Positions 12,917 through 25,699 of a DNA stretch of 64,000 bases are shown piece after piece. Within the stretch, counting starts at the first letter, position 1, and the number at the start of each line of letters is the position of its first letter. The position numbers and the translations under genes are program-made. The stretch is from Squalus acanthias (taxonomy: Eukaryota), in the NCBI GenBank assembly GCA_030390025.1, contig CM059427.1, forward strand, positions 57,598,001 to 57,662,000. Reading direction: 5' to 3'. The notes beneath the pieces are model-generated. The model worked only from the letters and a program-made list of their open reading frames with translations, had not been told where the DNA came from and did not search any database.

Positions 12917-15149
12917 TACTTAAATAAAAAGAAATCAGAGAGGTCTCCTTGGTGCCAACTGATCCATGGAAATATATGAAGGCTACATCAGTCTGTACGT
13001 TCTCCCATGTTCAGCACTATATATATATATATCTTGAAAATGTCATACTCTTAGCAGAATAGCAAAGTGGGAAGAACTTAAGAATTGGGCACAATTATGT
13101 TCCTCCATAACAATAGAAATCTAGGCCTTAATTCTCTAATAAGGAAAGCCGACATACACACCAAATAAGCACCATTATTAGTAAGTTGCACTTAGTTATT
13201 CCTGCATCTCTTTTAAAGATGCAACACCGTGAAATAAAGTCATCACAAGAACATCACTTTTTTTTTAGGCGCTCTTTCTCCTTTGGGAAAACAGGATGCA
13301 ACAACAAGATTTCACTGTAGTCACACGTACAGAATTAACCAAACTTTCTTCCCCATTGCATCCCCCACTGGTCCTGCTAACCATGCACACCCTATTCTAA
13401 TCATGCGGAGAACAGACAAAACTCAGCAAACAAGCGACATCAACAGTAAAATAGGCAGCCTTGTGGTTGGCAACACCATGAGTCGGCTACCTGCGAGGAA
13501 CTGGCAACTTTCATCAATGCAAAATTCTCAGTTTAATGGGGGGAAAAACGCAGATAAAATATCCATTATTTGGAAAAAAGAACAGAAATATAAACCCTTT
13601 AAGTATTTCTCTAAGCTTTTGTTGCGTCAAATTATTTCCCATCTATTTAGCAGGGCAAAGATCAATCTGTGTTCTGTACATACTTTAGTCTTGCTATTTG
13701 TGAAACATCCTGTATTAACAGAACCTCGCATCACTTTTATTCATCCTGTACAGAATAACATATGCAGCCATTACTCATGGCTTTGATAAAACATCAAATT
13801 ACAGCTAGATGGGTAATTTTTTGTTAAAGAAAGAGAATGGAAGCAAAACCAACAGACCTTGTGAATAGCTTTGATATAGTTAGGTTGCCTTTGTGACTCA
13901 CATTAAAACTAACAGAATTATCAATCATTAAATAAGCAGTCAGCACTACTAGAGGTAGGCACACCATCATAACGTAGTCCATGCAGCTGGCCACGATTGA
14001 CTGACAGTGCATCCCGTTACAATCTTCCAAAAGTACAAGTGTTTGGACCAAGAAAAATCCATTCAGCCCATCAAACACATCCCCTCTTTAGACCATGTAC
14101 AATTTATCTCATTGTGTACTTTACACAAATCAACTTCCTGTCAAAGGCAACCACAGGTAAATCTCTATACAGATCTCTGTAGAAATGTCTGAGAAATTTA
14201 CCTCGACTTCCCCTTCGCCCAAACCAAGTAAAACTCCAGAACATTAAACTAACTTTACAGTTGCTTACAACTCTGACCTTGTTGCATTCCACAGATAAGA
14301 GGATCACTCTTCAAATACAATGACAAATAGTTTATCACCATTGTTTCAAAAAAATACATTTTCTGTTATACGGCAGAACTAGATGGATTTAGTCCAGACC
14401 ACTACTGCTATGCTACAATGCATCAGTCTTGGCAATCAGAAGTTGGACCTTTTTGGCTCAGACTTGAAGAAGGCAAAACAGGGGGACAAATGTAACAAAG
14501 ATAAGTGTCTCACAGATTTAACCCTTGCCGTTCCTGGGAGCACAAGACGACTTGGAAAAATTATACAGGGAAAGCATAACTCCTGGTTAAATATTTGATT
14601 GTTAACTCTGTATTTGAGCCCCTGCAATTCTAGATGACAGCATTTTCTAGGGGCAAGAATCCACAGGCTGTATGAAACTTGACCGCTACTATTTTGTCGA
14701 TAACTCCGTGATGTTGCAAATTTAATTTAGAAGACTGCAGATCACGTGCCATACATCACCATAACAGAGCTTGTATAAACACGTGGCCACAAGTTAAACT
14801 ATGTTACCTCTCTCTTGGTAATAGGCAGCTGACTCCTACTATACTTCTGGAACAAAATACAGATTAAAAACTGCTCTCTGTGTACTAAGGACCAGCCACT
14901 GGTACGAGACTAATCAACGTGAAGAAAAAATACTGTTACAACAACACTGAGGGATGGTTCGGAGCCTGCAGGCAGATGTTTCTGCAACTAAGGGCAGGCT
15001 GGCAACAGCATTAGTAATAAACTCCATCACTCAGAAACCACTTGGTCAGCTTGAGCTAAACCATTGATCTCAACACACCTATTAAAATTTCTATAATTAT
15101 TTAAGAAACCTACATTTCTCCTTTAAAATCCTCATTTTTTTTTTTTACT

Positions 15150-15570
15150 GCTAGCAACCCCCACCACTACCCCGCACTCTGTCACACACCAAGTTTCTCC
15201 CCGACATATAATCGCTTCTCTTTCTTTAACCTCTGCACCGAATGACTCCTCCTCCTCCTAGGTCATTGCAATTTTCATCTCAGCTCCCCTTGGGCACTCT
15301 TCTCCGAATTCACTGACCTCCTATCCTCTAAATCTCTCCCGCCATATAAATTCTCCCACCCATATCCATGGCTATGCCCTCGATCTCGCATTCTCGATTA
15401 GCCTCCCTACTCCCGTGGTCCCAATCACCGACAAGGCTATGTCCAACCATTTCCTTAATCCTTCATCACCCACATCCCCTTACTCTCCTGCAACCCCAAT
15501 TCCTTTCTCCCAAGTTGCTTACAACTGCAGCTTTAAACTCCAAAATATCTCGCTTTTGGCCTGCCATATG
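15150..15570 (+). mobile_element. L2-type LINE endonuclease-region remnant
   Basis: Decayed PTHIHGYALDLA...ITDKAMSNHF, resembling the APE C-terminal TH..G..LDL...SDH motifs. Confidence 0.6.
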
Positions 15571-15890
15571 CCTTAGTGAGTATTTAGAAATGCATGCGTT
15601 AATCAAGGTTAGGCAGCACGGATTTATGGTCAAGTTGCATTTGACAAACGTAACAATTTTTTGAAATGACGAATTGGATAGATAGCACAAATCCAGTAGA
15701 TGTAGCATATATTGATTTTCAGAAGGTGTTCGTTCAGGTGTTTCGAGAGAGGCTGGTTAGTAAAATTCAGGTGTATGGTACAAGAGAAAATGTAACAGCA
15801 TGGATAGAAAATTGGCTGATGGACAGTAAACAAAGAGTTAGGGTAAAAGGTTGTTGTTCAGACTGCAGAAGGGTTGAAAGTGGTTTACTC
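15571..15890 (+). mobile_element. CR1 LINE RT fragment
   Basis: Encodes QHGF...VDVAYIDFQKVF...WIENWLMDSKQRV. Confidence 0.8.
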
Positions 15891-16365
15891 TGCTTCAAAT
15901 ATTTATCTAGTTTTCCCCTAAGATACAATGGTGTCTGCAACAACCATTCCACAGGGCAGAGCACTCTAAAATCTCTTGGCCTTCACTGCTCCACTGGAAA
16001 TAGTACCAGTATCTCAAATCTAGTTTGCCATCCGTAGCATAGAATGGTTGCTGCAGAGACCATTGTATCTTTTCGGGGAAAACTAGAAAAATATTTGAAG
16101 CAGAGGAAGATATAAAGCAGAGTACGGGGTGGTGGGATTAGTTTTGGATTGATCTAGCAAAGAACTGACACAGATGGGCTGAATGGACTTCTATGCTGTT
16201 AACCTTCAAGGTTCTATCTTTGCAGCTGCCAATTTGCTTATTCACTTCCTCTTCTCCACCTTTCATGCTCTCTTCCCCAACAAGATCTTCACCATCTTCC
16301 ATCAAAGTTGCTCCTCCTGGTACAGTCCCCACCATCGCTCATGCAAGTCCAAGGGGCACAAACTT

Positions 16366-17948
16366 TTTTTTTTATTTTTTTAATTCATTCACAGGATTTA
16401 TTGCCCATTCCCGATTACCCTCGAGAAGGTGGTGGTGAGCCACCTTCTTGTATACAACTGAGTGGCTTGCTAGGCCATTTCAGAGAGCAATTAAAAGTCA
16501 ACCACATTGCTGTGGGTCTGGAGTCACATATAGGCCAGACTGGGTAAGGACGTCAGATTTCCTTCCCTAAAGGACTTGAGTGAACCAGATGGGTTTTTAC
16601 GACAATCCGGTAGTTTCATGGTCACTATTACAGATACTAGCTTTTAAATTCCAGATTAATTTAATTAACTGAATTTAAATTCCCCAGCTGCCATGGTGGG
16701 ATTTGAATTCATGTCCCCGGAAGGCTTTCGATAAGGTCCCGCATAAGAGATTAGCGTGCAAAGTTAAAGCACATGGGATTGGGGGTAAGCTACTGACTTG
16801 GATAGAGAACTGGTTGGCAGACAGGAAGCAAAGAGTTGGAATAAACGGGTCTTTTTCCGGGTGGCAGGCAGTGACTAGTGGGGTACCGCAGGGATCGGTG
16901 CTAGGACCCCAGTTATTCACAATATATATTAATGATCTAGACAAGGGAACTAGATGTAATATCTCCAAGTTTGCAGACGACACAAAGCTGGGTGGGCGTG
17001 TGTGCTGTGAGGAGGATGCAGAGAAACTCCAGTATGATTTGGACAGGCTGGGTGATTGGGCAGATGCATGGCAGATGCAGTATAATGTGGATAAATGCGA
17101 GGTTATCCACTTTGGTGGCAAAAATAGGAAGGCAGATTATTATCTGAACGGCAATAGATTGGGAGAAGGGGAAGTGCAACGAGACCTGGGTGTCCTTGTG
17201 CACCAGTCGCTGAAGGTAACCATGCAGGTGCAGCAGGCGGTTAAGAAGGCAAATGGTATGTTGGTCTTCATAGCGAGAGGATTCGAGTACAGGAGCAAGG
17301 ATGTCTTGCTGCAGTTGTACAGGGCCCTTGGTGAGACCACATCTTGAGTATTGTGTGCAGTTTTGTTCGCCTTATCTGAGGAAGGATGTTCTTGCCATGG
17401 CGGGAGTGCAGCGAAGATTCACCAGACTGATACCTGGGTTGGCAGGAATGACGTATGAAGAGAGATTGGGTCGATTAGGCTTATATTCGCTAGAGTTTAG
17501 AAGAATGAGAGGGGATCTCATTGAAACTTATAAAATTCTAACAGGACTAGATGCAGGAAGGATGTTCCCGATGGTGGGGGAGTCCAGAACCAGGGGTCAC
17601 AGTCTAAGGATAAGGGGTAAGCTATTTAGGACTGAGATGAGGAGGAATTTCTTCACCCAGAGAGTGGTGAACCTGTGGAATTCTCTACCACAGAAGGCAG
17701 TTGAGGCCAATTCATTAAATATATTCAAGAAGGAGTTAAATATATTTCTTAAGGCTAAAGGGATCAAGGGATATGGGGAGAAAGCACAGACAGGGAACTG
17801 AATTTGGATGATCAGCCATGATCTCATTAAATGGCGGAGCAGGCTCGAGGGGCCGAATGGCCTACTCCTGCTCCTATCTTCTATGTTTCTATTAGTCCAG
17901 GCCTCTTAATTACTAGTCCAGTAACATAACCACTATGCTACCGTACCC
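16366..17948 (-). mobile_element. tRNA-derived SINE (parts 16366-16720 and 17891-17948) interrupted by a CR1
   Basis: Minus-strand head GGGTACGGTAGCATAGTGG (A box), then the CR1, then GAATTCAAATCCC (B box). The tail gctcaccaccaccttctc...gggcaataaa-polyA is shared with the LINE family at 37388-38933. Confidence 0.75.
16721..17890 (+). mobile_element. 5'-truncated CR1 (HER1-like) LINE, RT C-terminal half plus 3'UTR
   Basis: KAFDKVPH...GVPQGSVLGP...KFADDTKLGG...RPHLEYCVQF...TRGHSL...RRNFFTQRVVNLWNSLP, with one frameshift near 17330. The 3' end is cctactcctgctcctatcttctatgtttct. Confidence 0.95.
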
Positions 17949-18113
17949 AATAAACTTGAGTGCACCTGGTTCCCAACTGGCTTCGCCATTCATTGCCAGA
18001 TCTGGCTCGATCCGATTAAGGTTTACCAGGCCTCAATTTTTTTTGCAAAAACTGCCCACTATTCTAGGATCATCAAGAAGAGCAAAGATAAACGCAAGCT
18101 CCTTTTCTCTACG

Positions 18114-18466
18114 ACCATAGGAACAGGAGTAGGCCATTCAGCCCCTTAAGCCTGTTCCGCCATTCAATTAGATCATGGAAGATCTATACTTCAACTCCAT
18201 TTACCCATCTTTACTCCATATTTCTTGATACCCTTATCTAACAAACATTTATCAATCTCCGCATTGAAAATTTCAGTTGGCCCAGCATCCACAGCCTTTT
18301 GGGTGAGCGAGTTCCAGATTTCCACTACCCTTTGTGTGAATAAGTGCTTCCTGATTTCACAAACTCTAATTTTAACATTATGCCCCCTTGTTTTGGATCC
18401 ACCCATCAGAAGAAATAATTTTGCTGTGTCTACCCTATTGAATCCCTTCATCATTCTAAAGACCTC
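18114..18466 (-). mobile_element. CR1 3' fragment
   Basis: Encodes EVFRMMKGFNRVD...TRGHN...FTQRVVEIWNSL and carries the CR1 3'UTR. Confidence 0.88.
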
Positions 18467-18655
18467 AAAAGGCTGTGGATGCTGTGTCAATTGGAATTTT
18501 CAAGGCTGAGATTGATAGATTTGTGTTCGGTAAGAGTATCAAGAGATATGCAACAAAGGTGGGCAAATGGAATTGAGATACAGATCAGCCATGATCTAAC
18601 TGAATGGCGGAAAAGGCTTGCGGGGCTAAACGGTACTACTCCTGTTCCTATGTGT
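18467..18655 (+). mobile_element. CR1 3' fragment, inverted relative to its neighbour
   Basis: Ends gatcagccatgatct...tactcctgttcctatgt, the CR1 terminus. Confidence 0.85.
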
Positions 18656-20834
18656 CCCTCTGCCTCCATGTGAAGGCTCTGCTGGTCCTAGTGTAGCTGT
18701 CATTGTGAGGTTAAACTCCACTTGAAAACTGTTTTGCTCTGTAGTTAAAAGGATTAGACAGTTTTTAAAATGTAATTTTATAACAGTAATTGATTTTTGC
18801 TTACAGATCAGTGAACAGGTAACAGGATCTAATGGTGATAATAAACAAGGAAAGTGTGTGCAGATTACAAGCTTTACAATACACGTCTTTATTTCAGCAC
18901 CCACCATTACCTCAAGCCAAAATGGCAACAAGCATAACAAGAACCCTAATACACATGCGTACAGATAGTACATTATGAGATTTGGAGGCAATATTTTTCC
19001 TTCAGTGAAAATACATGGAATGGAAATACCAGCCCATTGTGACATCCTGTGAAGATCTGGCAGTACCGTGAAAAAAAATTAGGGGGAAAAGAAAGTAGAA
19101 AAACTGTTACACACACTTAACAAGAAAAACAACTTGAAGTGGAATCAGTTCTATTTCAATTGTGGTAACAATAACTTACTCACACCAAGTGCTTCAGTGA
19201 ATGATATCACCTGCCCAATTGTGGAAAAAAAAACCAGGGGATATCAATTGTGACCAGACCTACATCATCAAGTTTATTCTCAATTTTATTAAACTTAATA
19301 ACCTCAAAAGAATCCGATTTGTTTTTTTAAATAATTACTTCAAGTGCAAACCAGTAACAACTTATTTTCAAAACTGTGAACCTTCTGAGAAAAAGCAGAA
19401 ACAAACTTCTGGGAAAATAACCCCTACCTCAAGCTGGATGTGAGTTTTTTTCAGGCAATCACCTGTATGAATATGTTTCCACCCCGAGAGGTTTTATACT
19501 TGAATTGTGTCATGGGTATCATTAAGTGGGTTGAGCGGCATGGTTTTAGTGTGGGCAGGGTGAGTCCACATACATTTCAAAGGTTAGCAAGTTATTTGGT
19601 TTCCGAGAATATGCTGCCGTTTCACTCCTCGAGTTCACGCAGTCAGAACTTGCAAGAAGAAATTCTACTGTGGCAAACCTCCCCTTGAAATAAAATTTCA
19701 CAAGCTACGAGCTTAAAACCACACGACATGGACATCAGACGAACAACCTAATCTGAGTCACCAATAACAGTGAACTGTACTACAATTTTGAGCCATTTTG
19801 AAACAGGACATTCCAAACTTGGAGCATCTCTCAATACAAGACTTTAAACAGCACCTCATTCATGCAACTATCAGCAGAGAAGGAAAGGAAATTCACATTT
19901 TGAAAGTCATCTGGGAGAATCAATACTCAAAGGGTTATTTTAATTCTTACTTTTTCTTCACATTATTCAGGGCTTACACAAACCATTCGAGAGAAAGTAA
20001 ACAGGCAACCTAGCTTGATAACTCTGCCAGTGATGCTCTTGTGCCACCTACATGCAAGAGCAACCCATGGTGACTCACCTATGATTCTTCTCTCCCCACC
20101 TGTGAAGTGCCACAATATAGAAATTACCATTAAGAAATTAAAGATGCAAACCCACATCCTAAAACTCCACATCACAGCATCTTTACACCTCCATACTACC
20201 CATGGTATTGATCATCTTTGCAGCTACAACGAGAAAGTAACAGAAGTTATCATAAACATTCTTCTATCCTGGACTGGGTACAATGGAAGAAAAAAAAAAT
20301 CTAATTATGGAAATTCACAATTACTAACTTAAATTATAATGTCCTTTTATGCATGTGGAGGATGGATTGCAATAAAAACTGACCATATGTAAACAGCGCC
20401 TGTTCACTTATAATATTCTGCCAACATAATTCAAAAATTCTTCCACTGTCTTATTTTAGAAACAATGGACACAGAGTAGACTGTATGCAAATTTCAAGGA
20501 GTTTCAGCAAAGTAGAGTGAGATTATTCCTTAGCTCCTGATAATGCTCCCCCTGAGAAATTGTGTGTATGTTGCAGGTTGGAATGGAAACACATTACTTA
20601 AATGGCTGAATTATTCAATTTAATTTTCCCTAATAGAGCTTAAAATTAATCACAAGCCAATCCAGGCAATTTTTACTGAAAGATTAGTACACTGCATCTG
20701 CCCCATCTGTGTACCAATTGCAATCGCTCAGTACATTGGTTTGTAGTACTATAAGCAAACTAACAAGCACCAGCATTCCATCTATTTAGACTGGGACACA
20801 ACAGTTATTGCAAAGATAAGGTTTTATAAAGGAT

Positions 20835-22678
20835 TAAAAACAGAAAATGCTGTAAATACTCAGCAGGTCAGGCAGCATCTGTTGAGAAACAGCACAATGG
20901 GCTGAATTTTCCGGGGTGATAGCGGGCGAGATCGGTGGCGGGTCGGGTGGGAAAGTTGTTATTTTTGACAGCGGGTCGGGAACCCGCTGTTATCTCGCTC
21001 CCACGCACCTTTCCCCCAGGGGTGTCTGTCATCATGGAGCCGACCTGACCAGCAGCAGCGGGGGACCCAATTGAAATCATTATAAGGTAGTTTACAGACA
21101 ATTATTCCCCCTACTTTTTAAATTTCCCTGCATGGCCACGGGATTCACGCAGCTTGGGAAGCACGTCTGTCAACCTGAGGCGTGAGTTCCGCGGCCATTG
21201 CTCCTGCTGATTACTTGACAGCATGGAAAACAAACCAAAATAAAAACATGTTGATTACATCAGCTAACAGATTGATGGAGATTCTGTTCTACATGAAAAG
21301 CTACTGGTAAATGTTAATTCAGAAATTCCTGAAGGGATGCAAGTACTACCCTGGATGGTGAGGGAAATACATTTTTCACTGGCCATTCTCGGTGGTTGCC
21401 TTCCAACTTAACAGTAATTGCAGTGAATTGGTCTGCACTATAAAAAGTGACATATACCATTTAAATAAATGTGTGTGTTGTTTCTGGTCAGGTTTTTCTC
21501 AACGTATGCTGTGATTGTCCAGTTACACATTAAGTCAAGTCGTCAACTGTAAATTTCATTCTCATCACTCATTCCACTGGTTCAATTTGCTTTCAGTCCC
21601 TGAATATGACTAATTTAATTTTTCAGTCTGAGACTTTAGGGTGAATTTCTGCAGAGGTTCCCTCATTTGTCCATTGTTAACTTCAACGGAAGAGCTGCAG
21701 AAATCCCAAAAACACATTGTAAGCACCACTTACACTGTTTGTCAGGGATTCCGCAGCTCTTTCACTGAACTTGCATAAGATAGTAAATCCACCTCTTTAC
21801 AATTACATTTAAAATCTGCTTAATTTTATGTATTACCTATACACATACATATTTTATGTGTACCAGTTACTGATACAAAAGTCTATAGATTTATGACTAA
21901 AGCACCAATAACTTCCCAATTAATGTACTTTTTTAATTATGTTCTTGATCGTATTTGTAGATGGCATCATATTACTTAATGATATTATTTAAATATTTCT
22001 TTGACACTCATATATAACTTTTATTATATTATTGTACAGTAAAGATTCAACACCCACTATGTTAGATTAAACTTAAAATTTAATGTGGCCATTGTCCCTT
22101 TATTAATCCCGGCTTAAAACACATCATGAATGACATCACCAGACCCATTCCATCTAATTGGGCCGGGTAACGTACTGGGCGGGCTTAATAGGTCCATTAA
22201 GGAGAGTTCATTTTCTACAGCAGGATGGAGCCAGCAGCGGGGTTGCGACCCGCCACGGGCACCGGCAGCACTGGAGCCGCTAAGGTAAGGAAAATTCCAG
22301 CCAACGTTTCAGGTCAATGACCTTTTGTCAGAACTGAAAGATGTTAGAGATGCAACAGGTTTTTGACCAGTGCAGAGGCAGAGAAATTGGGTGGGGGGTG
22401 GAAAGAGGAGAGGAAAGAACAAAAGGAAAGGTCTGTGATAGGGTGGAAGGTAGGAGTGATGAAATGACAAAAGGGAATATAGTGCAAGGCAAAAAGGGGT
22501 AGTAAAGGGACAAGTAAAGAAACAAAAGATGGGTCTGGAAGAGGTGTAAATGGCAGCAGCAGAACCATTACTAGCACCTGCTGTCCGAAAAAATGGGAGC
22601 AGTGGGTATGATCTGAAATTGTTGAACTCAATGTTGAGTCCGGAAGGCTATGAAGTACCTAATCAAAAGATGAGGTCC
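20835..22678 (-). mobile_element. Penelope-like element 3' end (parts 22303-22678 and 20835-20898) split by an insertion
   Basis: Minus strand encodes LIF*LGTS*PSGLNIEFNNFRS (C-terminus typical of PLE GIY-YIG ORFs), then a pyrimidine-rich UTR and cagttCTGACAAaaggtcattgacctGAAACgtt. It resumes after the insertion as ...cagatgctgcctgacctgctgag. Confidence 0.75.
20899..22302. mobile_element. Non-autonomous TIR element (PIF/Harbinger-like), ~1.4 kb
   Basis: Termini GGGCTGAATTTTCC and GGAAAATTCCAGCC, GC/CpG-rich ends and an AT-rich interior. It interrupts the Penelope-like unit. The superfamily is inferred only from TIR style. Confidence 0.65.
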
Positions 22679-23532
22679 TCCAATTAAATATTGAGAAGAC
22701 CAAAGCCATTGTTTTCGGTCCCCGCCACAAACTCCGTTCCCTAGCCACTGACTCTATCCCTCTCCCTAACATTTGTCTGAGGCTGAACCACACTGTTCGC
22801 AACCTTGGTGTCATATTTGACCCTGAAATGAGCTTCCAACCACATATCCGCAGCATAACTAAGACCGTTTATTTCCACCTCCGTAACATCGCCCGTCTCC
22901 GCCCTTGCCTCAGCTCATCCACTGCTGAAACCCTCATCCATGCCTTTGTTATCTCTAGACTTGACTATTCCAATGCATTCCTGGCTGGCCTCCCACATTC
23001 TACCCTACATAAACTTGGTCATCCAATACTCGGCTGCCCGTGTCCTAACTCGCACCAAGTCCCGTTCACCCATCAGCCCTGTGCTCGCTGACCTACAATG
23101 GCTCCCGGTTAAGTAACACCTCGATTTCAAAATTCTCATTTTGTTTTCAAATCGCTCCATGGCCTCACCCCTCCCTATCTCTGTAATCACCTCCAACCCC
23201 ACAACAGCCCCCACCCCCGAGATATCTGCGCTCCTCTAATTCTGCCCTCTTGAACATCCCTGATTATAATCGCTCAACCATTGGTGGCCGTGCCTTCTGT
23301 TGCCTAGACCCTAAGCTCTGGAATTCCCTCCCTAAACATCTCCGCCTCCCTTTCCTCCTTTAAGACGGTCCTTAAAACCTAGTTCTTTGACCAAGCTTTT
23401 GGTTATCTGCCCTAATTTCTCCTTATATGGCTCGGTGTCAAATTTTTTTTGTCTTATAATACTCCTGTGAAGCGCCTTGGGACATTTTACTACATTAAAG
23501 GCACTATATAAATAAAAGTTGTTGTTGTTGTT
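22679..23532 (+). mobile_element. L2 LINE 3' portion
   Basis: Encodes LNIEKTKAIVFG...VRNLGVIFD...YFHLRNIARLRP...LIHAFVISRLDYSNA and ends ataaataaaa(gtt)n. Confidence 0.92.
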
Positions 23533-23659
23533 CCTTGAGTTCCTGTAGAGATTCATTAGAACAGAGTAGGAGGCTGAGGACAGAGATCTCAGAGTGGAAG
23601 TGGGACAGTTCACTTCCCATTTTAATTCTCCGTCCCACTTCCACTCTGACCCCTCTGTG

Positions 23660-25010
23660 GTCAGCCACCTACACTGTGGTGGATGTGAGGTAGAAGCAGA
23701 GACAAGCAATATTGTAGAGGTGGAAGTAAGTGGCCTTGGTGAAGGATTGACATGGGGTTTGAAAATTAGCTCTGGGTCAAACAGGACATCAAGGTTTTGC
23801 ATGGCCTGATTCAGCCTGATCAAGTGTCTCCGAGGGGATGATCAGTGGCAAGGAGCAAGGTTTATTGCAGGACCAGAAAATGATGGATTCAGTCCCCCCT
23901 CACCTCCAACCAAGTTGAAGGAAATTTTGATTTTGTCGATAATTTAATGTTAGACGGGCAGTCTGACAGCATATAGGTAGTTGTGGGGATTGAAGGAAGT
24001 GAAGAGGTAGAGTTGGGTGTCACGGTATACATACAGAAGCTGACCCCTTGCCTGTAGATGATGTCACCATAGGGCAGGATGTAGATAATAGATGGATGCC
24101 ATGGATAGATCCTCAGGGGACTCTAGAAGCCATTGCTGGAGATATGAATAGGTAGGAGTGGAACCACACAAGGATAGTATCATGTTGCTGGACAGTGGAG
24201 GAGATGGTGTGGTGGAGGACGATGGTGCGGTCATCCTTTTGAAACTGCAGAGAGATTAAGGAAGACGAGGAGGGATAACACACTGCAGTCACAGAGTATA
24301 TCAAATGTGACTTTTTCCTGGTACTGTGAGCAGGACAGAAGCCAAGCTGAAGTGTTTCCAACCAGCAGTTTTGTGGAAACAAGGGCAAAATAGTTGGGAG
24401 GTGACATGATGTTCGAAAACCCAATGGAGCTGTGATTGGAGAGGACTGATCGGTCAAAATTGGGATTTCTAAGGAAGGATTCATGATTAAAAAAAGGATG
24501 GCGCCTGAGCAAAGAGAACCATTAACAATGGCAGCAAGCACAGGGGCCACTAGAAGTCACCGAGTGCTCAGAAATTGAGTGGGCAGTGGATGAAGGGAGT
24601 AGGAGACGGATCTCATGGAAAACGTGAACTTGGAGAGGGCAAGGAAGGTTAAGACAGAAACTGCAGAATGAGGTAGGGTGGTTAAGCGACCACAGAGTGT
24701 TTGGCAGCATGGGGAGGTGGAAATGAGGAGTATATGGCAGCAGAGGGAGCTGCAGGAATAGTCTCAATCTTAGAGGCAAAGAATTTGTGAGCTCTTTGGA
24801 TTTGGTATTGGAGGAGACAGTAGTGGGGACAGGAATAAGGGGTTTGAAAAGGGCATACATCATGGGGAGGAAGAGGCTTTGTTGTCCTTGTGCTCAAATT
24901 AAACCTGGAATAGAAGGATCTATCGGAGATGTGCAAGGCCCAGTAGTGCTGAACATGGTTGAGCCAATGAATAACTGGACCAGTCAGTGCTTGGTGCACT
25001 CAGGTTAGTG
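23660..25010 (-). mobile_element. Decayed L2 LINE fragments
   Basis: Minus strand has QNLDVLFDPEL and RT-like GF.P.HST...LNLSA remnants. Confidence 0.65.
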
Positions 25011-25699
25011 GCTCTCACAGACTTAAGGTGGCAAAGATGGGACTGTAATGGGAAAACAGCTACAATGTGATAAAGTGATTGGCATTGGGGGTTCTTTGCG
25101 CTACGTGATTTATTCTGCTCGTAGGATTTTAACACCATTGGAATTTGTTGTATCCCAACGATTCCTGCATACTTTGATCCTTCTCCTTCACAGCTTTCCT
25201 ACAACTCTATAGCTTCTTTTATAATGCTAGCCAGTTCACAGCAGAGTGACCCAAGTACGCCATCCTCTCACTTTTAGGCTTAAGCCATGCAGTCTGTCTC
25301 GGTGTAAATTGTGCTGCAAATTTGATCCGGACTTTCAGCACGTATGGATGTATATGTTTGGCCAGCATACACCAGCACACGTGCAATAGTGAACCGACCA
25401 CAAGCCCCTCACCCCCTTCAAATCAAAATCACCACCCACAGCCAGCTGCATGCTGAAAAAGTGACGAGGGAGCCACAGTATGTCTGGGACAGCACATTTG
25501 CTGGAGTCACAGCGGCGGCAGTCAGGAAGATGTAGCCAAAACTAGGTGCTCCCGACTGTCCGTCTTAAATCCGGCAGGTTTAGGTTTGCCTTGCTGCCAG
25601 CTGTGCCAGACCAATGTGTTGGGACCTAGAGGCATAACGTCAATATAAAAGAAGTTTGTGAGTGCATAGTCCTGTGACAATAGTGGCCAAAGGATCAAC

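Noticed and set aside
13283-13786. 167-aa plus-strand ORF
   Set aside because: Non-ATG start, no domain similarity and antisense to GTDC1. Most likely a chance ORF.
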